A DNA stretch of 59,362 nucleotides, filler included. It is 6 parts of 6 records of this genome, joined end to end, with 100 filler letters (N's around TTAATTAATTAA, not from the genome) between each part and the next. Parts side by side here need not be neighbours in the genome. Positions count along the whole stretch, not along the records: positions 1 to 5,139 come from SRR31156797_16615; positions 5,240 to 18,008 come from SRR31156797_16633; 4 more parts are not named here. One strand, written 5' to 3'. The notes under the pieces are model-generated. The model was given only the letters and a program-made list of their open reading frames with translations. It had not been told where the DNA came from and did no database searches. Shown here piece by piece: positions 1-9,523 of this stretch; position 1 is the stretch's first letter, and every line of letters begins with the position of its first letter. The position numbers were made by a program, and so were the translations under genes.

Positions 1-1
1 G

Positions 2-829
2 CTGATAGCCAAGGACGGATTCGATCAGGCGGTTTCGGAACTGGGAATCAAGGGCGACTGGGTAGGGCCTCAGGGCGTTTCGCCCGAAGAGATGGCCAAG
101 CTGGTCGAAACCGCCATCGCCCAGAAGGCGGATGCCATCATCACGCAGGGACTGGTCCCCGCGGCCCCCGTACAGGCGGCCATCGACGCCGGTATCGCCG
201 TCCTCGTGGTGGACTCCCCTATCGATCTGAACGGACAGCTCGCCTACTTCGGCAAGGACGTGGACGTACAGGCCAAGGCCATCTACGACGACGTGGTGAG
301 ACAGTACGGCGATTCCGCCGATCTGAACATGTCCATCCAGGTAGCGGCTCTGAATTATCAGATCGCCGTGGATCAGATAGAGGCCATCAAGAGCCAGTTC
401 GGCCAGTACGGCGGGAGTTTCGATGTGGTCAGCATCTCCGAGTCCAAGTCGGACCGCATGAAGGCCACCACCGAGTGGGAGAACACCCTCAAGGCCTATC
501 CCGAAATCAACGTCGCCGTTAACCTGGCCGCCGAAGCCGGTCCCGCCTGCGCCTCGGTCGCCAGGGATATGGGCATCAAAGAGGACATCCTGATCTACGG
601 CGTTGATGACATCGATGAAACGCTGGACCTTGTCCGCAGCGGAGGACTGGATGGAACCGTGGCCACCAGCTTCTACAACTACGGCTACCAGGCCACCTAC
701 TGGCTCTATCAGAACATCATGGAGGGCAAGACCCCCGCCGCCATCGACAACGATGCGGGGACCATCATGATCAACAAGGGCAATGTGGACAGCTACGGCG
801 CCCAGCTGAAGGTGAAAAAGGATCTGTAA
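2..829 (+). CDS. Sugar ABC transporter substrate-binding protein (RbsB-like), 5'-truncated
   Basis: Frame is open from nt 2 to the stop at 829. Periplasmic binding protein type I patterns: ADAIITQG, GIAVLVVDS, ILIYGVDD, GLDGTVA..FYNYGYQA. Confidence 0.85.
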   Translation: MIAKDGFDQAVSELGIKGDWVGPQGVSPEEMAKLVETAIAQKADAIITQGLVPAAPVQAAIDAGIAVLVVDSPIDLNGQLAYFGKDVDVQAKAIYDDVVRQYGDSADLNMSIQVAALNYQIAVDQIEAIKSQFGQYGGSFDVVSISESKSDRMKATTEWENTLKAYPEINVAVNLAAEAGPACASVARDMGIKEDILIYGVDDIDETLDLVRSGGLDGTVATSFYNYGYQATYWLYQNIMEGKTPAAIDNDAGTIMINKGNVDSYGAQLKVKKDL

Positions 830-847
830 TCCGAGCTGAGGGAGTAT

Positions 848-880
848 ATCCAGGCCGGGTGATTATCCGGCCTGGATTTT
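848..880 (+). terminator. Stem-loop after the binding-protein gene (terminator or mRNA stabiliser)
   Basis: ATCCAGGCCGG / CCGGCCTGGAT perfect 11-bp inverted repeat followed by TTT. Confidence 0.65.
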
Positions 881-926
881 ACCTGAACTGCACAATGCCG
901 AAAATGCAATGACCAAAGGATATGAA

Positions 927-1970
927 ATGACTGGTTACGAAAGGATAAACGCCGCCCTCAAGGGGGAGGGACCTGAGCCCGTTCCCATGATGCTCCACAG
1001 CTTTATGGCCGCCGCAGCGGAAAAGGGAATGACCCAGAGAGAGTACAGGAGCAGCGCCTCCGCCATCGCCCGGGCCCATATAGACTTCGCCAGGAAATAC
1101 GGCCTGGACGGCGTGCTTATCGATGTGGACACCTGCATGGAGGCCGGCGCCATCGGCCTGGACGTGGATCTGCCCGAGGACGAACCGGCCAGGGTGGCCA
1201 CGGGACTGAGCAGCGACCTGGATCTCTGCATCGAAGCCATGGACAAGGACAGCCTGATGAAAAACGACAGGATCAAGATTTTTCTGGAGGCTGTCAACCT
1301 GATCAGAGAAGAAGCGGGAGAGGAGCTTTTCATCAGAGGCAACGCCGATCAGGGCCCCTTCTCCCTGGCCATGCTCTCCATGGGGATCGCCGAGTTTATG
1401 ATGGCTCTTACGGATGGGGAAGCGGCGGACAAGATAAAGCTGCTCCTGGACAGGGCCCTGGAGGTGCATCTGGAGTTCCATAAACTGATCAGGCTGGCCG
1501 GCGCCGATATGACCAGCTTCGGCGACAGCTCCTGCGGCCCCGATCTGATCAGCCCCAATATGTACAAGGAATTTGCCCTGCCCTGGCACAGGAAACTGGC
1601 CGCCTGCCTGAGAAAAGAGGGGATTCCCTCCCTCTGCCATATCTGCGGGAACCTGGATCTGATCCTGGAGGATGTGATCAGCGCGGGATTCGACGCCATC
1701 GAGGCGGATTACAAGACCGATATCCCCAGGGCTGCCTCCCTGATGAAAGGAAAAGCCGTCCTCTTCGGTCCCATCGATCCATCGGGCATGTTCTACTTCG
1801 CCAGCCCTGGAGAGATGGAAAAGGAAACCCAGAAGACTCTGGATCTCTTTCCCGACGGAGGCCTTGTGATCGGCGCCGGCTGCGCCCTGCCCCGGAACGT
1901 TCCCGAAGCGAACATCAGGGCCTTTGCGGATGCCGTAAGGGATTGGAAACCTACATGCGTCCCGAACTGA
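927..1970 (+). CDS. Uroporphyrinogen decarboxylase-fold protein, MtaA/CmuA methyltransferase-like
   Basis: M(T)GYERI N-terminus, GPFSLA, LISPxMYKEFALP, Zn-ligand-type HICG and C-terminal GAGC. ATG 927 has an AAAGGA RBS; ATG 909 is the alternative start. Confidence 0.8.
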   Translation: MTGYERINAALKGEGPEPVPMMLHSFMAAAAEKGMTQREYRSSASAIARAHIDFARKYGLDGVLIDVDTCMEAGAIGLDVDLPEDEPARVATGLSSDLDLCIEAMDKDSLMKNDRIKIFLEAVNLIREEAGEELFIRGNADQGPFSLAMLSMGIAEFMMALTDGEAADKIKLLLDRALEVHLEFHKLIRLAGADMTSFGDSSCGPDLISPNMYKEFALPWHRKLAACLRKEGIPSLCHICGNLDLILEDVISAGFDAIEADYKTDIPRAASLMKGKAVLFGPIDPSGMFYFASPGEMEKETQKTLDLFPDGGLVIGAGCALPRNVPEANIRAFADAVRDWKPTCVPN

Positions 1971-1982
1971 ATGATCCCGTCT

Positions 1983-2011
1983 TTGCCCCACGCGGCGGGA
2001 CGGGTTATACT
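1983..2011 (+). promoter_or_regulatory. Sigma70-type promoter for the two-component pair
   Basis: TTGCCC (1983-1988), 17-nt spacer, TATACT (2006-2011), just upstream of the kinase start. Confidence 0.55.
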
Positions 2012-2019
2012 GCTTATCC

Positions 2020-3450
2020 ATGGGCCGCGGCGAGATGAAAAAGACAAGGAGCCTCCGCTTCCTGTTCAACAGATTTGTATCCGTCTCGCTTCTGCTGATC
2101 CTCGGCCTCAGCGCCATCAGCAATCTGCAGACCTACAGCTTCTGGCGACAGTACAAAAGGACCTTCACCCTCTTTGACGACCTCTCCCGTTTCTATGAGG
2201 AGACGGACAAAATGAACTTCCGGATGAAGTCCTTCATCTATACCCGGGATCCTGTGGAGTTCAGAGCCTCCGAAACCCACCTGAGCCGGGCCTTTTCCGC
2301 CTTGGAACGCCTGAAGAGCTATGAGGACGAAGAGCTGAGATTCCGCTTTTCCCTGCTGATGAATATGATCGCCACCTACCGTGAAAAAAGGGAGGTCCTC
2401 TTCCTTACAGGAGCGGAGCCGGATGCCCAGAAGGCCTATGACAGCCTGGACCGGCTGGCCTGGCTTATCGAAGAGACCTATCCCCAGTACGCCAGGATCG
2501 TTACCCGTGAGATGAACCGCGAGAAAGAGAGGATGCTGGCCCTCTGGCAGAAGCAGCTCTACTTCACCATAATCATATTCATCGTCTACATCCTCTTCGT
2601 GGGCTCCTTCTCTTTCCTGTCGGTCAGCAGCATTACCCGGCCGGTGGAGGAGCTGATCGTCAATATGAACAGCATCAAGCAGGGCGTCTTCGACATCAAC
2701 GATGTGGAAAGCAAGACCCTTGAAATCGATATACTGCTGGAATCCTTTGAAGGGATGGCCGAAGACCTGAAGGCCCATATCGATGAAATACACGAGAAGT
2801 CCCGGATTGAAAAAGAACTGATAGAGAAAGAAAAGATCCTCGTGGAGACCAGGCTGAATGCCCTGCAGGGCCAGATGAATCCCCACTTTCTGTTCAATAC
2901 CCTCAGCCTTATTTCCAAGATGGCCTATGTGGAAGGCGCAGAGAAAACCAGCGATCTGATGACACGCACCGCCAGCCTGCTCCGCTACAGCCTCGACATG
3001 GGAGGAAAAACCTCCACCCTGAAAGAAGAGCTCGTCTGCCTCGAGAACTACATCAAGATTCAGGAGAAACGTGTGGGAGACCGCATACTCTTCAATATCG
3101 AGAGAAAGGGGGATATAGAGGCTTCGGAGATACCCGGCATGGTCCTCCAGCCGCTGGTAGAGAACGCGGTGGTTCACGGTGTAAAGGATCTGATAAAAGA
3201 CGGGGAGATCACCATCCGTCTGATCGAGGCGGGACCGTTTGTCAGGTTAGAGGTAGAAGACAACGGCGGCGGCTATCCTGGCGAGATTCTGAAGGAGTTC
3301 ATCACCAGAAAGCTGAAGTCTTCCGGAATCGGCCTGTCCAATGTACGGGACCGGCTGGCTCTGTTCTACGGAGAAAGCTGTACCATGGAACTGGAAAACC
3401 GCCCCGGCGCCCTGACCAGGATCCTGATTCCGAAGACAAGAGAGGTCTGA
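2020..3450 (+). CDS. YesM/LytS-family sensor histidine kinase
   Basis: Two TM segments, a HAMP-like region, ALQGQMNPHFLFNTL, LQPLVENAVVHG, EDNGGG and SGIGLSNV. Alternative start at 2035. Confidence 0.92.
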   Translation: MGRGEMKKTRSLRFLFNRFVSVSLLLILGLSAISNLQTYSFWRQYKRTFTLFDDLSRFYEETDKMNFRMKSFIYTRDPVEFRASETHLSRAFSALERLKSYEDEELRFRFSLLMNMIATYREKREVLFLTGAEPDAQKAYDSLDRLAWLIEETYPQYARIVTREMNREKERMLALWQKQLYFTIIIFIVYILFVGSFSFLSVSSITRPVEELIVNMNSIKQGVFDINDVESKTLEIDILLESFEGMAEDLKAHIDEIHEKSRIEKELIEKEKILVETRLNALQGQMNPHFLFNTLSLISKMAYVEGAEKTSDLMTRTASLLRYSLDMGGKTSTLKEELVCLENYIKIQEKRVGDRILFNIERKGDIEASEIPGMVLQPLVENAVVHGVKDLIKDGEITIRLIEAGPFVRLEVEDNGGGYPGEILKEFITRKLKSSGIGLSNVRDRLALFYGESCTMELENRPGALTRILIPKTREV

Positions 3451-4985
3451 TGATGTACCGGCTGATGATCATAGAGGACGAACCTCTGGAACGGAAAGCC
3501 ATGCGCATGCTGGTCCAGAGGCATCTGCCCCTGCTGGAGGTGACAGGGGAAGCGGAAAACGGATTCGACGCTCTGGATAAGATAGAATCCCTCAGGCCCG
3601 ATATCGTGTTCGTCGATATCAATATGCCCGGCATGGACGGCCTGGCTACGATCCGGGCGATCAGGGAAAAGGGACTGCCATGCCGCTTTGTAATCCTCAC
3701 CTCCTACAGCAGCTTCGATTATGCCCGCCAGGCCATCCGTCTGGGGGTGGAGGACTTTCTGGTAAAACCGGCGGACCTGGATACGGTAAAAAAGACAGTT
3801 CAGACCGTCATCGCTCACATAGAGGATGAGCGAAACCGGGTAAGGGACACCGAAGAGCTGAAGGATAAGGTTCTCGAAATGAGCCCCGTCCTGGAAAAGG
3901 ATCTGGTTCGCCGGATCATGGAGAAGGGAAAAGATCCCTCAGAGCTGATGAAGCTTCTGAACCTGACCTACCACAGAGCCGCCGTTCTCCTTGCCGAGTG
4001 TCCGGAAGACAGCCGGGTCTTTGAAGAGCGGGTGAGGAAATATCTGTCATCCGGAGATTGCCGAATCCTCAGCGATTGTCAGGGGAGACGCCTCACGATC
4101 CTCATCTTCTCAATAGAATCCGGTTTCGACTTCAAAAGTGCTTTGGAAAAACTCAACCGGGAGATCAATCATTCGGCGTCCATTCTTATAGCCTGCGGAA
4201 CAGTCTGCGATACTTCGGCGGAGCTTCACAGCTCCTATCTGACTGCCGCAAAGCTGATCGAGTCGGCCCGCGCGAGCTCAAGAACCCTCTCCTTTCCCGA
4301 AGACCTGGAGGGGAATGACCCAGGGGACTTTCCCATCAAACGCTACGCAGAGCTCTTTCACTCTCTTCTCCTGAGGAATGAGAGAGAGGAACTGTCCCAT
4401 ACGGTTGAACTGTTCTTTTCCGACCTGGCCGCTCCGGAGGGAAGCAGAAGACTCAGCTGCCGGACCTATGTCTATCAGGCGGCGATCATGATCAGCCAGA
4501 AGATTTCCGAATCCAGCGGAATCTACTCCTTCTGGGATGAGATCCAGAAGGAGAAAACCCTTATTCTAAGAGAAACGGAGCTCTCCGCCCTCAAACTCTA
4601 TTTTATAAATTATCTGGATAAGATCTCAGCCATCCTCAGTAGCGACAGAATCTCGCGGCAGGACGTGATTATCAGAGAAACCCTGCTCTATCTGAAAATG
4701 AACTTCAGAAAGGCCGTGAGTCTGGAAGATCTGGCGGACCATCTGAAGCTCTCGTCCTCCTATCTCAGCAAGGTCATCAGAAAGAACACGAATCGCGGCT
4801 TTCCCGATATTCTGAACAACTACAGGATAGACGAGGCCATGGCCCTCCTGCAGGAGAACCGGCTGAGCATCAAAGAGATCACCTACAGGGTGGGATACAA
4901 CTCCCAGCACTACTTCTCCAGGATCTTCAAGAAACAGACTGGCTTTTCCCCCAGCGATTTCCGGAACAGACGGGAATCGTCCTGA
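3450..4985 (+). CDS. YesN-type response regulator (receiver + AraC HTH)
   Basis: Receiver motifs IIEDE, VDINMPGMDG and FLVKP; C-terminal AraC HTH (VGYNSQHYFSRIFKK). Start overlaps the kinase stop. Confidence 0.93.
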   Translation: MMYRLMIIEDEPLERKAMRMLVQRHLPLLEVTGEAENGFDALDKIESLRPDIVFVDINMPGMDGLATIRAIREKGLPCRFVILTSYSSFDYARQAIRLGVEDFLVKPADLDTVKKTVQTVIAHIEDERNRVRDTEELKDKVLEMSPVLEKDLVRRIMEKGKDPSELMKLLNLTYHRAAVLLAECPEDSRVFEERVRKYLSSGDCRILSDCQGRRLTILIFSIESGFDFKSALEKLNREINHSASILIACGTVCDTSAELHSSYLTAAKLIESARASSRTLSFPEDLEGNDPGDFPIKRYAELFHSLLLRNEREELSHTVELFFSDLAAPEGSRRLSCRTYVYQAAIMISQKISESSGIYSFWDEIQKEKTLILRETELSALKLYFINYLDKISAILSSDRISRQDVIIRETLLYLKMNFRKAVSLEDLADHLKLSSSYLSKVIRKNTNRGFPDILNNYRIDEAMALLQENRLSIKEITYRVGYNSQHYFSRIFKKQTGFSPSDFRNRRESS

Positions 4986-5021
4986 GACGGTTCCAGTCCT
5001 TGCGGGACAGCCCGAGAGCCG

Positions 5022-5051
5022 AAAAAAGAGCCGTCCCCCCGGGGACGGCTC
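5022..5051 (-). terminator. Rho-independent terminator, oriented for a convergent minus-strand gene
   Basis: GAGCCGTCCCC / GGGGACGGCTC stem preceded on the + strand by an A6 run (U-tract on minus). A minus-strand frame ending ...KPEVKIQATSSSGDNS* stops at 5088. Confidence 0.7.
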
Positions 5052-5139
5052 CAGAAATGCGTTGCGATGTGATGTGATGGGATAATCCTACGAATTGTCC
5101 CCGGAAGAGCTGGTCGCCTGAATCTTCACCTCGGGCTTG

Positions 5140-5239
5140 NNNNNNNNNNNNNNNNNNNNNNNNNNNNNNNNNNNNNNNNNNNNTTAATTAATTAANNNNN
5201 NNNNNNNNNNNNNNNNNNNNNNNNNNNNNNNNNNNNNNN
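5140..5239. other. Artificial contig spacer
   Basis: N44-TTAATTAATTAA-N44, giving stops in all six frames; five identical copies in the window. Confidence 0.98.
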
Positions 5240-5893
5240 ATGCAGCTTCTCGTGATAGTCCAGCATGTCATCCCAGTGCTGCCTGAACGCGGGAGATCCG
5301 CTCGCATAGATGGCCTGGGCCTCATCAGTGGCCAGCCATAGGCCGAGCTTGCATTTTCTGTAATCCGTTTCCACGGACAGGCGCCGTTGTCCCGTGAGGA
5401 AGGCGTCCCTTATCTCGTTCGCCCAGTTGAGGTGGTCGATTTCCCTGTCCGCCAACAGAGCGGGAAGCCCTGTGTCCGCCTGGACAAAGACCTTATCGAT
5501 CTTCCCTGCGGATTCGTGGAGAAGACGGTGGGGTTCTTCTATGGATTTGAGGAGGGGAATGAGGGAGGGCACCAGGGCCTCCGCCTGTTTCCGCCCCTCT
5601 CCGTAGAGCCATTGGCCGAAGGCGCATTCATGGTCATCGATCTGGACGTCCAGCTCCGTAACCATATCATCCGTCAGCAGGGCGTTGACCTCTCCCGCCC
5701 AGTTGAGATGGTCCACCTCTCTCTGGGCCAGAAGGCCGTCCAGCTTGTTTCCGCTGATCACCTCTTTCGCATTCCCCACGATCCCCGATATCCCGATAAT
5801 GGACCACATCGCAACGACCAAAGTAAGAACAATCAGCAGTCCGAAGCTGACCAGCATCTTCGTATAGATACTGATATCCTTCCAACCCTTCAT
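5240..5893 (-). CDS. Membrane-anchored protein with tandem CZB domains, probably a methyl-accepting chemotaxis protein, 3'-truncated
   Basis: MCP-like N-terminus (ISIYTKMLVSFG + TM helix), then HLNW..HECAFGQWL..HRLLH and HLNW..CKLGLWL..HEKLH. Confidence 0.75.
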
Positions 5894-6055
5894 ACACTCG
5901 CCCCCTAATAATAAAACATAGCGGTTAACTATAGATAATAATATAAATGAACTACTATTTCCAATGAAAGTAACAATATAATGAACTGTTATTTCTTAGG
6001 AAAGAAATAATATATTTAAGGATTGCTTTAAAAAAGTAACATTAAAATGTAACGG

Positions 6056-6940
6056 TTACATATCCGGACCTCTAAAGGCCGTTTCATCTCCGCTGCGGAA
6101 CCGCCGCGGACTGATCCCCATCCTCTTCCGAAAGGCCCTGGAAAAGTAGTTGCTGTCGGCGAAACCGCACTGCCAGGCGATCTCGGAGATACTCAGATCG
6201 CCGGTCCTCAGCAGTTCCGCAGCCCGGGCGATCCTCATCTGCAGGATGTACTGGCGGGGGGTGGTATGGTAGATCTTCCGGAAAAGCCGGATAAAGTGGG
6301 CGGAGCTGTATCCATGGGTCCGGGCCAGGACGCCCAGGTCTATGTCCTTGTCGAAGCCCTCCTCCATCTCGGCCAGACAGGAGGCCAGGCGCTTCAGCCT
6401 GCGGGAGGGAGCGAACTCACGGTCCGTATAGTATCGTCCGAGAAGGACCATCAGCCCTGTGAGATGGATCCTGAACATCGTCTCCCAGCCCTGGGCCCTG
6501 TTCTTCAGCTCCTTCTCCATCTCGGCGCAGACGGCCGAAATCCTTTCCATCTGAAGGGGAGCGGCGTGAAACATCCCCCCCGGCTCCCCCGCCGTCCTGA
6601 ACCGGGGCTCCAGGACGAACAGCAGCCTGACCCCTTCGATATCCCTCAGCCCTTGATCCGAAGGAAAGCCCGAAGCGAATGAGATGTTGGCCATGCCCAG
6701 CCGGCGGCAGTCTTCGAAGCCGTGGCTCTCTCCCTGTCGGATCACGAAGATATCGCCCGCCCCGACGGGATAGGAGATTCGTCCCATCCTGTGGATGCCC
6801 GTACCGCCTGTGATGATCACCAGCTCCGAATAGTCGTGGCAATGGGTGACGAACCCTTCCCGGTCCAGGACGGCCCGGCCGATGCCGAAGGGGAAATCAG
6901 GATGCCCCCGCAGCTCCGCATCCAATGAAAAAGTCTTCAT
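6056..6940 (-). CDS. AraC-family regulator with cupin sensor domain (RhaS/RhaR-like)
   Basis: HCHDYSELVII cupin motif; C-terminal IAWQCGFADSNYFSRAF. Confidence 0.92.
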   Translation of the reverse strand: MKTFSLDAELRGHPDFPFGIGRAVLDREGFVTHCHDYSELVIITGGTGIHRMGRISYPVGAGDIFVIRQGESHGFEDCRRLGMANISFASGFPSDQGLRDIEGVRLLFVLEPRFRTAGEPGGMFHAAPLQMERISAVCAEMEKELKNRAQGWETMFRIHLTGLMVLLGRYYTDREFAPSRRLKRLASCLAEMEEGFDKDIDLGVLARTHGYSSAHFIRLFRKIYHTTPRQYILQMRIARAAELLRTGDLSISEIAWQCGFADSNYFSRAFRKRMGISPRRFRSGDETAFRGPDM

Positions 6941-7030
6941 AGATCAATTATGTGCTATTTCAAGCTTATTATGTCAAGGTTATTAGCATTTATATATGAT
7001 AACCTCTTTCCATAAGCTTTAATCCGGAGG

Positions 7031-8113
7031 ATGGGGATGATACGGTTCAAAGAGGATCTGAAAGAGGCGCAGGAGAGGGTGAATCTCTGGTGGGACAACA
7101 GGGAGGCGGACAGGCCCCTGCTGCAGATATTCGCTCCACGGGAAAGGCCGGTTTTCTCTCTCCCCGCCCGCGAGCCCGGGGACATCCATGAGTACTGGAC
7201 CCACCCCGAGGTCTCCCTGCCCCGCCTCTTCAACGCACTGGGCAGCACCTACTTCGGCGGAGAGGCCCTTCCCCTGGTCTACCCCATCCCCGGTCGGATC
7301 GTCGCGATCACCTGTAAGTACCTGGGCGCCCCCAATCTCTATATCGATGAGAACACCACCTGGTCCGAACCCTTCATAGAGGACTGGGACGAGGCCCTCC
7401 CCCTGAAGCTGGACAGGGAGGGAGAGTGGTGGAATATCACCATGCGCAATATGAAAACGGCCGCCCGGATCATCAGAGAGCACGAGCTGGAGTGCTTTAT
7501 GGGCCTTCCCGACCTTAACGGCCCCACAGAGGTCTTAAGCGGCCTGAGGAATCCCGAGAAGATGTGCATGGACCTGATAATGGCCCCCGAGAAGGTGCTG
7601 ACCGCCGCCAGACAGGTGCAGGACGCCTGGTTTACGGCCTGGGAGGAGTGTTCGGCCATCGCCTCTCCCTTCGGGACCTGCTCCAGTTTCATGGGCATCT
7701 GGTCGGATATCCCCGCCACCGACCTGCAGTCCGATTTTTCCTCCCTTATCTCCCCAGAGATGTTCGACCGGTTTATCTATCCCTTTATAAGGGAACAGGC
7801 CGAGCGGATCCCCCGGACCGTATTCCACCTGGACGGCCCCGACATGATCCGTCACCTGGACACCCTGCTGGGGGATGAGAATATCAACGCCATTCAGTGG
7901 GTCTTCGGCGCCGGCGGCGGGAAGGCGACGGACTGGATCGATCTGATGAGGAGGATACAGGACGGCGGCAAGGCCCTGTTCGTCTACTGCGAGGAGGACG
8001 AAGTGCTCCCCCTGGCCGACGCCCTGGACGCCAGAGGTCTGATGATGGTGGTCAGGAACGGCAGTTCCGAGAGGGCCGCCAGGGAGCTTCTGAGCCGCCT
8101 GGGCCGTGACTGA
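7031..8113 (+). CDS. URO-D/methyltransferase-fold protein of unknown function
   Basis: LQSDFSSLISPEMFDRFIYP and FHLDGP resemble URO-D superfamily TIM barrels. RBS GGAGG directly upstream; divergent from the AraC gene. Confidence 0.6.
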   Translation: MGMIRFKEDLKEAQERVNLWWDNREADRPLLQIFAPRERPVFSLPAREPGDIHEYWTHPEVSLPRLFNALGSTYFGGEALPLVYPIPGRIVAITCKYLGAPNLYIDENTTWSEPFIEDWDEALPLKLDREGEWWNITMRNMKTAARIIREHELECFMGLPDLNGPTEVLSGLRNPEKMCMDLIMAPEKVLTAARQVQDAWFTAWEECSAIASPFGTCSSFMGIWSDIPATDLQSDFSSLISPEMFDRFIYPFIREQAERIPRTVFHLDGPDMIRHLDTLLGDENINAIQWVFGAGGGKATDWIDLMRRIQDGGKALFVYCEEDEVLPLADALDARGLMMVVRNGSSERAARELLSRLGRD

Positions 8114-8142
8114 ATCACAGCTCCGCTTCCCCGCTGTTGCTC

Positions 8143-9330
8143 CTACCTTAATTTCATCCCTTTGATAAAATCCTTAACCTCAACCGGAGCGTTCCTCTTG
8201 ACGGATTCTTCTGCCGCCGCTCCTACAACGACGGCCCAGAATCCTTCTTCCGCCGTAGGGCTATCGGTAATGATCCCATTCAGATTATCAATAAACTTCC
8301 GGTGTTCATAATAAGTGGCTCCGCTATGTCCCGACTCCTCAATGAACTGAAGGTAATGGGGGGAGATCTTCCTGGAAGCCCCGTTATCCCAGGTCGCCAC
8401 CTCCATAGAGCACTCCAGATCGGAACCGGCCTGATAATCCGTCCTCTCGTAAGCACTCAGTCTTCCCCGGTCGCCACAGATAACCAGTTCTTCATAGAAT
8501 AAAGGAGAGAACATATTCAAACTGAAGTTGGCCCTCACTCCGTTTTCATACTCAACAATAACAAAAGCGTTATCCAGGATGTCAGAAGAAACCCCGTCCC
8601 TTTCGTACTTTTTAAAGTTGACAGCCTGACTTCCCGAAGCCATGACTCTCAGCGGTTTCGAACCGGCGAAAAGGTTAAACAGATCGAAATAGTGGCAACA
8701 TTTTTCTACCAGCGTGCCCCCCGACTTGCTGCTGAACTTGTTCCACTGCCCCACCTTATCGAGAAAAGGGAGCCTGTGCTCGCTCATTGAGATCGTCTTC
8801 ACATCCCCCAGCGAACGTCTCAATTTCGTTTCACTGAGCGCTTCCTGATAGATGGATTTATAGCGATACTGAAGCCCCAGCTGCAAAAACGCATCATATT
8901 CATTACTAAGCTTAAGGATCTCGCAGGCATCATCAATTGTCGTGGCCATAGGTTTTTCCAGAAGAACGGGTTTGCCCGACTTCATAACCTCTCTCAGCAC
9001 TTTGAGATGAGTGTAGTTCGGCGTGCAGATCAGTATGGCGTCGGCTTCCGGATCCATATAAGCGGCTTCCAGACTATCATGCACGATAACAGGATTGCCC
9101 AGTTCTTCCATGATTTTGATTGCCGTTTCAACGCTGCCGGGATGGGGATCGTAAATTCCCCGAATCCTGGCCCGTCCTTCCAACTCGGTTACCCTGATAT
9201 GTTCCTGACCGATTATCCCCGTTCCTATAACGTTGAAAGAAAACCCGGGTGTCTGCCGCTTAGAGAGATACCGGTCTGTTTCAGGGAGATACCCCATCCC
9301 CGGATGCCTTTCCATAATCTTTCTCTTCAT
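8143..9330 (-). CDS. Gfo/Idh/MocA-fold protein, candidate NAD+-dependent sulfoquinovosidase (GH188, SqgA-like)
   Basis: GTGIIG Rossmann motif, LLEKP, GLQYRY, EHRLPFLDK, GGTLVEKCCH and GHSGATYYEH. The R-x3-L-x-K pattern matches my recollection of the GH188 sulfonate pocket, and the gene sits near SQ genes. Confidence 0.7.
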   Translation of the reverse strand: MKRKIMERHPGMGYLPETDRYLSKRQTPGFSFNVIGTGIIGQEHIRVTELEGRARIRGIYDPHPGSVETAIKIMEELGNPVIVHDSLEAAYMDPEADAILICTPNYTHLKVLREVMKSGKPVLLEKPMATTIDDACEILKLSNEYDAFLQLGLQYRYKSIYQEALSETKLRRSLGDVKTISMSEHRLPFLDKVGQWNKFSSKSGGTLVEKCCHYFDLFNLFAGSKPLRVMASGSQAVNFKKYERDGVSSDILDNAFVIVEYENGVRANFSLNMFSPLFYEELVICGDRGRLSAYERTDYQAGSDLECSMEVATWDNGASRKISPHYLQFIEESGHSGATYYEHRKFIDNLNGIITDSPTAEEGFWAVVVGAAAEESVKRNAPVEVKDFIKGMKLR

Positions 9331-9371
9331 AGAATGCCTCTTTCATGAAATATCTGAATCCATATTTATTT

Positions 9372-9509
9372 TCGAAACCATTTCTATTTTAGAATCATTT
9401 TCTATACCTATCAATTTTATTCTTCCAGCTCGAATTGCCCCCCCGCAATTGACAGGTTGAACCCCTGTTCCTATCATAGAAACGATTTCGGAATACGAAT
9501 CAGTATTAG
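9372..9509. promoter_or_regulatory. Repeated palindromic operators between the divergent oxidoreductase and TetR genes
   Basis: TCGAAACCATTTCTA (9372), TAGAATCATTTTCTA (9390), TAGAAACGATTTCGG (9477) and weaker ACGAATCAGTATTAG (9495). Both pairs are spaced 18 nt apart. Confidence 0.6.
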
Positions 9510-9523
9510 AATAAGGATCAGAA

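Noticed and set aside
927-1970. Calling this gene hemE
   Set aside because: It lacks the HemE W.MRQAGR motif, has HICG/GC instead, and sits among sugar-sensing genes.
5184-5195. TTAATTAATTAA palindrome repeated five times in the window
   Set aside because: Artificial linker within N-runs, not a biological repeat or CRISPR.
5894-6055. Very AT-rich stretch as an origin or ncRNA
   Set aside because: No iterons, DnaA boxes or stable stem seen; consistent with the promoter region of the chemoreceptor gene.
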